Below, piece after piece: positions 57,501 to 64,000 of a stretch of DNA of 64,000 nucleotides (the first letter of the stretch is position 1; each line of letters starts with the position of its first letter). The DNA lies in the IMG/VR virus record IMGVR_UViG_3300042317_001691, positions 14,020-78,019 of that record; one strand, 5' to 3'. The position numbers and the translations under genes were made by a program. The stretch comes from a virus. Lineage: Duplodnaviria > Caudoviricetes. Below the pieces are notes generated by a model that made no database searches, was not told where the DNA came from, and saw only the letters and a list, made by a program, of their open reading frames with translations.

Positions 57501-60500
57501 CCAACTAATTCTGGATCATATTTTTTTACGCCTTCAATTGCAGCATTTTTTAATTTTAATGTATTTTCCCTAACTCTTGAAGTAATCTTCCAGAGATCTG
57601 GATTATCTTTACGGAGGGAAGACGGATAAATTTGTTCTTTTTCATAAACTTTAGCAATTGCTGCTAATTTGACCTCTTCCCAAACATCGTTTAATCCTTT
57701 AGCTCTCCAAAATCTAGAAAATAGTTTTCCTAAATTGCCGTATTGCAGATTTTTAAATTTTCCTTCAACATCTCCCTCTAAAATATCATTTGGCTGAACA
57801 TTTAAAACTGAAGCTCCAAAAAAACCTCCGTTTACTTCGCCTGTAGTAGCGCCTTGTGAACTAGCTCTTAGAACAAAGCGTTTTAAATTCTTTACGGCAT
57901 CGGGTTCAGAGCCTTCAGTAAAAAATGTATTATTTCCTAAAATAGAAGCAACAATTGCGTTCTCATCTAAGACTGGATTTCTTCGCGAATCAAAACTTCC
58001 AACCACAGTGCCAGTGAATCCTGTTCCTCTGATTTCATCTAGAGTTGATTCCAAAGGTCTATTTGCTTGTAAAGCATAACCGATACTGCTTCCATATCTT
58101 GTGCCAAAACCTTTTAAGTTAGAAGTTTTTGCAAAATTAGGAATATAACCTCTTAAAGCTGAACTTGCTGGATTGAAATAGCCTTGAGTATCAAACATTG
58201 TATGTTTGCCGCCCAATCCTCCAACCAATTCATTTAGTGCTGCAACTTGTGGACTTTTATCTAATTGTTTAAATATGTAATTGTCTACTTCCCTGTCTGT
58301 AATATTCTTTTTCGAAGAGAAAAACTCGTTTGTTTTTTCAAGCAAGAAATTTTGCATGATATCATTGACTTTGAAATTTTGCGCGTAAACATCGTCAATG
58401 CCAATTGAATTAGGTCCGTATATTTTTTTATATTCTGAAACGACTCCCCTAACTCCAGCCTGAGCCATTACTTCGGATAACAAGTATGCAAAGTTTGCTT
58501 TTAGTTGTTGATTTTTAAAATTAGCTTGTGCAAATTCATCTACGCCAGAATCGGTTACCACTTCTCTTTCGAATCCAGCTAGCAATCCATTTTTGGTTAA
58601 AGTTTTTCCTACGTTTGTAAATGAAATTGCATTTTTCTTAAACAAAGTTGGATTTGCATTTTCAAAATCTTTGATGGCTTTATTTACATCGTATTCTTTT
58701 TGAATCTTTTCCCCGCCAGGTTTGTAAAATATTTTTTGACCAAAACCTTGTCCAGATTTTGGAGCTAAGAATTTTCCGCTTTGACCACCGCCAAGCTCAT
58801 TAAAGTCTGGATCGGAATAGAGCATTCCTGCTCCAGATCCAGTTAGTTCTGAGAAATTTGGAATGAAACCAGAGGCTGCTGAAGTGACCAATAAACCATT
58901 AACTTGAAAGTTATCAGTAGCCGTAGTTAACAATTTGCCTAAATCATTATCTCTTCCATAATTTTCAAAAATTGCTCTACGAAACTTATCTTCAACACTT
59001 GAATTTGAATAGCCTCCACTTTTAACCTCTAAAAAATTTAAAGAAGATCCATTTTTTTTAACACCATCCACATCTGAAGATCCATCTATTTTAAAACCAT
59101 CTATAGCTGAAGATCCTTTATATTTTAAAGAAGAATTATCTTTATAATCTTTTGATTCTTTTAATTGTTTCAAAATTCTATTTTCGTAATCAATTGGACT
59201 TTCATTTTCATTTAATTTAGGAATTTTTATTTTTTCAATATTGGGATTTACGCTAACTGAATCTAGAGGAATTAACTTTTTATCTGAAGCTAATGATTTT
59301 TTTAAATTATATTTTATTCTTGGATAACGAGCTAAAGATTCCGCTGTTTCTGCGGAAAAATTAGGAATATATCCACTAGCCGCAGATTTAGCGCCGCCAT
59401 AATCAGCAAGAAATCTTTCTCTTAAATTTCCACCTTTAAGTAATTCATTAATTGTTTTTCGCGTTAAGTCTTGTACTAAATCTTTTTTTGTAGCTTTAAC
59501 TTCTACGTAATTAAAATCTTTTTCTGGCAGACCGTATTCTTTTGCGATCTTTGATTTTAATCCATAAATATCAAAAGAACTTCTTTCATCGGAGCCACCA
59601 GAAGCAGTAAATTGCCCCCAATTGTCATCCAAGAAATCCATGTTTGCAGCTTTCAACATTATTTCAAAAAAGCCACCTGCAGTTTGATCATTTATGAAAT
59701 CAAATTTCTGCCCTTCTTTTAATGCATAATCCATTGCATCTGTGGGCTTTATTTTCAAATAGTCTAACTCTTGTTTTATAAATTCTCCAATTTTTGGAGA
59801 TAAGGTTGCGTTCGCCCTTGCCTTGAAGAGATTTTTGATATCTTCTTCTTTTGCTTTTATAGCATTGAGATTTTCATTTTCTCTTCTATAAACATTTCCG
59901 ACTGGAATATTATCAACTCCAAAGGCTCCATACTTTTGAAAAATACTTAAAAGAGTGGGGTCGCTTTTTACAGCTTTTTCTAAATTTTCTCTTTTAAATC
60001 TTGCTCTAATTAAATCTTGATCGCCGCCTATAGTTAATCCAGCGATGCTATATTTTCCTGCATCTAATACTAATTCTGGAAGACCAGTTTGATTTTGGGC
60101 TGGATTTGCGAAATTTGGAATAAATCCTCTTGCTGCGGATCTGGGGCGATAATTGGGAATGATTGCGTCTCCACCAGTTCCAGCAAAATTTGGAATCCTT
60201 CTTTCATTGCTATTATAGACCATCGTTCCGCGCTTACCACCACCCATCGGAAAATTATTATCAACAATAATTCTTGAGCCTGCTGGAGCATTTTTCTTTT
60301 CCTGCATCACTGCACTACCAATAGGCATATATCCACCAGCAGCTTTCTTAACTTCTTTAACGCCTTCTGGAGAAGAACGAATTCCACCCTCATACAAAAC
60401 AGGAGCAATTGTCTTGCTTATGGAAGACATTTTTTCTAAAAATGCGGCCTGTTCTCTGTATATGCCTAAAATATATTCTGCTTGTTTAGCCTTGTTTCCC

Positions 60501-61987
60501 TCTAAAGAAAGAATTGTTGCTTGAACATCTTGATTTTTTGTCAAAGCTGCAAAGATGTCTCTCTCTAAAGTTGCTTGTTCTTTTTTTGCGCTGTTTACTC
60601 CAAGCTGAGTTTGAATACTATCTGATAAAAATTTACCGAAATTAGTAAGAAGTTTTAATCCGACTCCTGCGGCCAAAAGTAGACCTGGACCAGATAAGAC
60701 ATTTCCAATTCCAGCTACGATACCTTGAGCAAGTTTGTTTCCTATCGTTTCTCCTTCGTCGCCACCAGTTAAGGCTTTATTAATTGAACCTACGGCAGAA
60801 TCTAAAGCACCTAAAATATTTTTTAAATTACCAGAAAGACCAATCTTACCAATATTGCTCGCCAATTCAGAACTGGACAAAACTAATCTATCAAAAGTTG
60901 CCGAAGTTGTTCGGCCCAACTGCTCGACTTTTCCAAATGCTTGATTTGTTGCTGTTTGAGATTCAGATAAAGATCTAGCAAAAACTCCATTTGCATCAGC
61001 GACATCTTTTAAAACAGCAGATAATTTATCAATTTGAAAACCGCCGCCGATTTTAATTAAAACACTTTTTCTGGTGGCGTCATCAAGGTATTGTATCTCA
61101 GAAGCTAATTTTCTAATAATAGTTGTAGCGGGAAGTAAATTTCCCTCTACATCATTAACTGCTATTCCTAAACTTTTTAAAAGATCAAGATTTTCTCTGC
61201 CTTGTACTCTTGTGAAAATTGTTTTTAAGGCGTTACCGATAACGGCTCCACCTCTAGCTGTTTTTTCTTGAAGTGTTGTGATTAATGCGGTTAATTCATC
61301 AAAAGAAACTCCAGCTTCTTGAGCTACCGAAGCCGAACGAGTTATACCTTCAATTAAATCTTTTGAACTTACTGCAAATTTTGTATCGACGGCAGCTAAT
61401 TTATTTACTACCTTTTCGTAATCAAGTCCAACATCATTAAAAGAACTAACTGCTGCAGTTAAACCTCTTACAGATTCAGCGGCATCTAAACCAGTTGTTC
61501 TGGTTAAAACAAGTGCCGCTTGAGCCCTTTTCAGAGACTCTTCCATTCCAGCACCTTGACGAGAAAATTCTAATGCTGCATTTGCGGCATCTTTAAATGA
61601 TGTTCCAGTTAATTTTGCGACATTGAAAATCCCTCGCCCAAGAGATTCCATATTTTTTGCCGTCTCTCCAGAAGTTACAGCTATTTCTGTAAGCGTTCTT
61701 TCTACATCAATACTAGAAACAACGATTGATTCGAAAGCTTTGGCGACTGCATTTAATACTCCAACGGAAGCTCCGAATGCGAGAACGCGAGCGTTCGCGG
61801 CCTCCATTGATTTTGTGAACTCATCTGCTTGTCCAGTAATTTTACCAAGTGGGCGACTAATAGAATCTAAACCGCGTGCGTTTATAGTTGGAACTATAGT
61901 TACCTGCGCTCTACGAGCCGCATTGGAAATATCTGCTTCCATGCGACTTGTATCCGCTGATACTGGTATTCTGATTTCGTCCGCCAT
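51560..61987 (-). CDS. Tape measure protein (3475 aa) carrying an internal cassette array of cargo domains
   Basis: TP901-type TMP core (AALEFSRQG, AVRGLTAA, DKLAAVD-like, TARGGAVIGNALKTIFTR); long coiled coils; two GGxxxGxGxxDxVPAML..GE motifs; nine IPN[FY] repeats. Confidence 0.93.
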   Translation of the reverse strand: MADEIRIPVSADTSRMEADISNAARRAQVTIVPTINARGLDSISRPLGKITGQADEFTKSMEAANARVLAFGASVGVLNAVAKAFESIVVSSIDVERTLTEIAVTSGETAKNMESLGRGIFNVAKLTGTSFKDAANAALEFSRQGAGMEESLKRAQAALVLTRTTGLDAAESVRGLTAAVSSFNDVGLDYEKVVNKLAAVDTKFAVSSKDLIEGITRSASVAQEAGVSFDELTALITTLQEKTARGGAVIGNALKTIFTRVQGRENLDLLKSLGIAVNDVEGNLLPATTIIRKLASEIQYLDDATRKSVLIKIGGGFQIDKLSAVLKDVADANGVFARSLSESQTATNQAFGKVEQLGRTTSATFDRLVLSSSELASNIGKIGLSGNLKNILGALDSAVGSINKALTGGDEGETIGNKLAQGIVAGIGNVLSGPGLLLAAGVGLKLLTNFGKFLSDSIQTQLGVNSAKKEQATLERDIFAALTKNQDVQATILSLEGNKAKQAEYILGIYREQAAFLEKMSSISKTIAPVLYEGGIRSSPEGVKEVKKAAGGYMPIGSAVMQEKKNAPAGSRIIVDNNFPMGGGKRGTMVYNSNERRIPNFAGTGGDAIIPNYRPRSAARGFIPNFANPAQNQTGLPELVLDAGKYSIAGLTIGGDQDLIRARFKRENLEKAVKSDPTLLSIFQKYGAFGVDNIPVGNVYRRENENLNAIKAKEEDIKNLFKARANATLSPKIGEFIKQELDYLKIKPTDAMDYALKEGQKFDFINDQTAGGFFEIMLKAANMDFLDDNWGQFTASGGSDERSSFDIYGLKSKIAKEYGLPEKDFNYVEVKATKKDLVQDLTRKTINELLKGGNLRERFLADYGGAKSAASGYIPNFSAETAESLARYPRIKYNLKKSLASDKKLIPLDSVSVNPNIEKIKIPKLNENESPIDYENRILKQLKESKDYKDNSSLKYKGSSAIDGFKIDGSSDVDGVKKNGSSLNFLEVKSGGYSNSSVEDKFRRAIFENYGRDNDLGKLLTTATDNFQVNGLLVTSAASGFIPNFSELTGSGAGMLYSDPDFNELGGGQSGKFLAPKSGQGFGQKIFYKPGGEKIQKEYDVNKAIKDFENANPTLFKKNAISFTNVGKTLTKNGLLAGFEREVVTDSGVDEFAQANFKNQQLKANFAYLLSEVMAQAGVRGVVSEYKKIYGPNSIGIDDVYAQNFKVNDIMQNFLLEKTNEFFSSKKNITDREVDNYIFKQLDKSPQVAALNELVGGLGGKHTMFDTQGYFNPASSALRGYIPNFAKTSNLKGFGTRYGSSIGYALQANRPLESTLDEIRGTGFTGTVVGSFDSRRNPVLDENAIVASILGNNTFFTEGSEPDAVKNLKRFVLRASSQGATTGEVNGGFFGASVLNVQPNDILEGDVEGKFKNLQYGNLGKLFSRFWRAKGLNDVWEEVKLAAIAKVYEKEQIYPSSLRKDNPDLWKITSRVRENTLKLKNAAIEGVKKYDPELVGFQAKFTSQDEELRGVQLDASELNEKNLSYLMPFSSKAFPKGVSSVGLRKAAEKKQLEEQEKQKLARRQILKTFISQITQGDYKAYSTWKGWNYGRSEEYKALVQQFSSSGGVPTGLQPWMSSVKYDPASKRLKADSNLRIPNFANPTEDFDGDGVVGEGDGIIKRLKDFIKTSVKNPIVEQLANQAIQSIFDMPEGIDAIEVIKTIKAALDAPNPERNLKGAAKKRSERRQAYLRERERGSSSAYSGYIPNYASGALMDAISREKIESGLPLSAISVVKDNRLINRQNPDGLAVINKRDEPNGKIPNFADGDGISPEKIEIIFKSLEERFNKIGEDLARPIENAARILSTTTKDIEDRLLARVEGLPAPNPQNQNNESKAAEADASGKVVDAKNDEIKSIQQSTFNIFKWQAALSFVSGVLSKFGESTKVVGEAISGLGTAVYSLQESKDLIDNIFNEGKRFEETKAGQAYAAAREAEAGPLESVGAALREKGGVAAIAGQALKVLPYAFLAFEGLDAADKIFQVLNGTVSETEKAMSVLDEATQKYGVTLNNQQKKILESISESGNVSGAGFRGFFNRSGFSTFFSSEDEKQLTDALGKTGLSNSGNRDLTRALGNQLIPIIQQKIREEKGPNYIAGPDEIKEGVNFTIANFVRDIEEASKEIKKRVPLSQQKVSIDKLEKQFGIRPENTAEFLAFQQKTSPKEAFNFRLQNVKEKIAFLERRLSGDDKGFGAIKLETDKRKLEVEKDIAELKQKQKDLEDTILNGQEVEGVNLDRKYKLFQEYIKTLAGEANIVQYAASLREEALLIESELLKKELGIRQQIKQLEFSIPTARENSLSIEKELLSTSEARKVQIDLEIKALEERRKLEGEIQNIAAGVGEERINKFLQIGASSLTEPQANEIRGTYRKVQEAEGIEAQKTAIAGLLRALDPVKGKQEEIAKQIQDRIENLILEKNELEYGVEILDRTLELNKEDLIDQENKLQTLGAQEEVLKGIYKLFSLQVELAERQSKARLRDNAQATLNAAVAKQQNFYLQAERDIISSNLDKQQKGLQIQQQRLSAIREIRDAELEISSLTYKAGRDNEYELAVQRAQNTYTDRLQDIQTKNAQAALETRRNVFNEVQRIAPQDIELQRRAAEAKTPEEYLKVIQEATELQSKGFEDTVVSAAKEFKRIVTGAANELSGKPSPIETGESNSSEIDRILREQDSKNIAADLLKLKDQKSILEQPVSPEEENDNKNQIAEIDKKITELETKLQQTRTTLAKNRAESLIVPGAIPKEKEAADREKEKALKTAEKQRYYRGGGMAAGFESYYSELDTNINQFETKLGKDIPMAFRDSMLQAMKDISGGTKSVKDALLGAATSFLQRINDALMGNMADKLTRGLLGGAFDLSGQSMKYVERASGGPIVGGSGTKDDVPAMLMGGEYVINKKAASKYGKSFLDRLNSGKIQGFANGGMVGFQEADLKDLVVNPKKYTPYGQTRVGDMSFDESGKVIGLSSYKGKEEDKQMALMKAQSDFYAKNQQTGEGGFFMPGERGAGAIMGQKNLLAYATQQTTGTQFDKIGPQGINLSAGSGNFTLFGLRNQENSMNQQYLESKQKAFDLYLEGIGATKEKFNIEEEARKRIEEFKKQQEAQRKAQMKGMLVQIGMSVGMAALGAAANSFGQGWSSTAQAAAAEGGTATFGEKLMGGFTGGTMGGETRGGLANMFSSSGYKDFSVIGAGQAGLNNTEGLAMWDSKSSSYVNMSEDVFNSRYGMAQNFGRLGYDQLGTPVTYGWQSPSSSFSAPKLNPMNLFKPSESYSSSRMNMGDLGFGGGDAKDIFNPNQSVTSLTPKEKDLYLQKMLGNRRAAGGYIPGNGMGDNVPAMLNGGEFVISKQAAQNIGYNNLQKMNSGGGGSGGASDESTSRIESKLEELVEKVSGVGTINITVNSDSSGKSKKEEEDSSENQDRQNREMARRIKEVVMGVIKEEKRLGGMLR

Positions 61988-62007
61988 TCCTTAATCCTTT
62001 AATGTTC

Positions 62008-62013
62008 TTACAC
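62008..62013 (-). promoter_or_regulatory. GTGTAA candidate late-promoter motif
   Basis: 20 nt upstream of the TMP ATG, just after the tube-gene terminator. Confidence 0.5.
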
Positions 62014-62014
62014 G

Positions 62015-62053
62015 AAAATAAAAAACCCGCCCCTTTCGAGGCGGGTTTTTTTT
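62015..62053 (-). terminator. Rho-independent terminator after the major tail gene
   Basis: Minus strand CCCGCC-TC-GAAA-GG-GGCGGG-TTTTTATTTT. Confidence 0.9.
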
Positions 62054-62069
62054 ACGAATGCTAAATTTA

Positions 62070-63266
62070 TTAGTAACCCCAGTTTCCTGCGGGATAACCA
62101 CCTGCACCAGTGGTATAAGATCCAGACAAATAGATACCATTATTTGTATCTGAAGGTCCACCAATTTGTGTTTGGAACACAAGATCTACTGTTTTATTTG
62201 CTCCAATGCTGGAGGAGAAAGATTCACTTTGTAATTGAGAGCCTTTCAATGTGAATATCATTGCATTAGATCCTTCGCCACCTGGCTTCTTAATTGTTAA
62301 AGTGATATCTCTTTTTGAATTATCATCTAACATTTTTGCCAAGCTTCTCGATTCAGTTTCATTTACAATTGCACTGACATTTAATGTTGCGACGATTGGA
62401 AAATCTACCACGCGAGCAAATGCAAATTTTGAACCCAATCTTTCAATTGGAGTACGACTTAATGGAAGCTGCAAAGAGGCGCTTTGAATATTAATTGAGC
62501 TGTCTCCAGCAACAGATGCGATTGGAGTACCACCCGTTCCTGTATAAGAACTCCAAGAAAGCGTAACATCTCCAGGGCGTAAAGCAGTAATAAATGTATT
62601 TCCATTATCTCCAGTACCTTCCGTAGGACTTGGCAATTTTCCAGTTTTATTAAGCTCGGTTCCAGAAACTGGTAGAATACTTGGTGAATCAACAAAGTTT
62701 CCAGTTGCTGCTCCTGCTCCAACACCAGTTGTTCCAGTAATAGTAGAAGATTTAATGTTTAAGCCTTCAACTGTAACACTCACAGTTGGAAGATTTCCAA
62801 CGCTGGCATCAAAAGTATAGTTACTTAAAAATGCATTTCCAATTGCAATAGCAGTTTTACCACCTAAAACATTTTCTCCAGTTCCCAAAGTATTTAAATC
62901 ACTTCCCTCGCCCGCAGTTACGATATAGAAGTTTTGTCCGCTTGAGTTTCCCATTTGACCAGATGCAAAGTTTCCATCTGTTGCAGTTCCATAGACATCG
63001 TTTCGAACATAAAAACCCAAAGTTTTTTCATTATAACCGTCAGTTGGATAATATGAAAAATCTAATGTTACAGTGGGAGATGTCAAAACCAATGCGTCAA
63101 TACGAGCTAATTGACCAAATTGGTTTACGTCTTGACGTTCAATACTAAAATTATAGTTTGCACTTTGAACTCTTCTTAATTGAGCATGTTCTCCAGAACC
63201 AGTAGAATCAATGTTCTTACTGACATACAAAGCTTCTGATTGATAAATTACGCGATTTCTTCCCAT
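62070..63266 (-). CDS. Major tail tube protein (tandem tube fold)
   Basis: Directly upstream of the TMP and followed by a strong terminator; two repeats (VQSANYNFSIERQDVNQFG / IQSASLQLPLSRTPIERLG). Confidence 0.8.
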   Translation of the reverse strand: MGRNRVIYQSEALYVSKNIDSTGSGEHAQLRRVQSANYNFSIERQDVNQFGQLARIDALVLTSPTVTLDFSYYPTDGYNEKTLGFYVRNDVYGTATDGNFASGQMGNSSGQNFYIVTAGEGSDLNTLGTGENVLGGKTAIAIGNAFLSNYTFDASVGNLPTVSVTVEGLNIKSSTITGTTGVGAGAATGNFVDSPSILPVSGTELNKTGKLPSPTEGTGDNGNTFITALRPGDVTLSWSSYTGTGGTPIASVAGDSSINIQSASLQLPLSRTPIERLGSKFAFARVVDFPIVATLNVSAIVNETESRSLAKMLDDNSKRDITLTIKKPGGEGSNAMIFTLKGSQLQSESFSSSIGANKTVDLVFQTQIGGPSDTNNGIYLSGSYTTGAGGYPAGNWGY

Positions 63267-63325
63267 AAAATAAAAAAGTTTAATTGTAGTGTTTTACAGT
63301 AGTCAGTTATCCATGTGAAAAATTA

Positions 63326-64000
63326 TTAAGATCTATAACGATAAATAGAAAGATCAAAATCAATAAATCCAATATACAAATCTTTAAGAAGATTTTGTTT
63401 TAATTTATCGGATAATTTTGAGGAAGTAACTTTATTAACAAAAATCTCTTTAGGGTATTGATTTTTTAAATCTTCGTATGAATAGTATCCAGTTTTCAAT
63501 CCTCCATATTCATTAAATGGATGGGAGTCATAGTTGACTAGTGGAATTACTTCGTTATAAGAATCGGCAAAAATAGAAAGAACTGTATCTAATTCGTAAC
63601 TATTATTTACTATCACCGTTGCTCTTGCCTTTGTTACAGTTTCATTCATTCCGCCGAAAGCAAATGGTAAATTTTCCATTGAATCGTTCGCCAAATATAT
63701 TGCAGGAATTTTTTGCTCATATGGTTGGTAATAATCCGTATGAATATTTGATACGCTTTGATTTATTTTTTCTTGAACATTTATGACGACATTCTCTTCT
63801 GTGTCATTTGTATAGTAGACATTCATGTCTTTTACTGTGAAAGATCCAGTAACCGCACTACCGCTATATAAACCACTACCGATAAAGCGGCCATTATCAA
63901 AATCAAATATATATTTATCTTGTTCATTAGCAACAAATGAACCATTAACATAAACTCCACTGGGTACGTAAACATTTGGCAAAGAAGAATCAAAAATCAT
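63326..64000 (-). CDS. Probable tail completion/neck protein (may extend beyond the window)
   Basis: Position upstream of the tail tube gene; KIPAIYL...PFAFGG...ATVI pattern. Confidence 0.5.
   Translation of the reverse strand: MIFDSSLPNVYVPSGVYVNGSFVANEQDKYIFDFDNGRFIGSGLYSGSAVTGSFTVKDMNVYYTNDTEENVVINVQEKINQSVSNIHTDYYQPYEQKIPAIYLANDSMENLPFAFGGMNETVTKARATVIVNNSYELDTVLSIFADSYNEVIPLVNYDSHPFNEYGGLKTGYYSYEDLKNQYPKEIFVNKVTSSKLSDKLKQNLLKDLYIGFIDFDLSIYRYRS

Noticed and set aside
46274-61271. Short + strand ORFs within the tail genes
   Set aside because: Antisense shadows with no independent expression signals
61623-61994. 123-aa + strand ORF antisense to the TMP N-terminus
   Set aside because: Shadow ORF of a GC-richer, Ala-rich coding strand; no promoter or protein signature
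1-64000. Alternative genetic code (TAG/TGA reassignment)
   Set aside because: Conserved genes (dnaE, nrdA, clpC, TMP) are full length and densely packed under code 11
1-64000. tRNA genes, CRISPR arrays, DGR, integrase or transposase
   Set aside because: Intergenic gaps are short and explained by promoters/terminators; I saw no T-loop motifs, regularly spaced DNA repeats, reverse transcriptase or recombinase ORFs

Overview
This is a 64-kb AT-rich (roughly 30% GC by eye) segment of a large tailed dsDNA phage (Caudoviricetes, probably long non-contractile tail) using standard genetic code 11. It has four parts. (i) Tail modules at both ends: a lambda-J-like tail tip and fibres on the left (+); tail tube, a 3475-aa tape measure protein (TMP), a distal tail protein and tube paralogs on the right (-). 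(ii) A bacterial-type replication and recombination set: DnaE split into three genes with a DnaQ-like exonuclease, DnaG, DnaB, RecA, SSB, RNR class Ia, dUTPase and dNMP kinase. (iii) A large glycosylation and methylation toolkit: gmd, an NDP-sugar C-methyltransferase, 2 FkbM methyltransferases and 7 glycosyltransferase genes. (iv) ClpC, Hsp20 and a phage sigma factor. The most striking feature is the middle of the TMP. It is a cassette array in which a repeated AxxG[FY]IPN[FY][AS] linker separates discrete cargo modules: two PD-(D/E)xK nuclease-like domains, a protein-kinase-like domain and two unknown domains. This suggests a modular effector-delivery polyprotein ejected with the genome. Two promoter classes are also visible: sigma70-type promoters abutting start codons (leaderless) and a GTGTAW motif before mostly structural genes. 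No tRNAs, CRISPR arrays, inteins or integrase were seen. All calls come from motif recognition by eye; no database searches were run.
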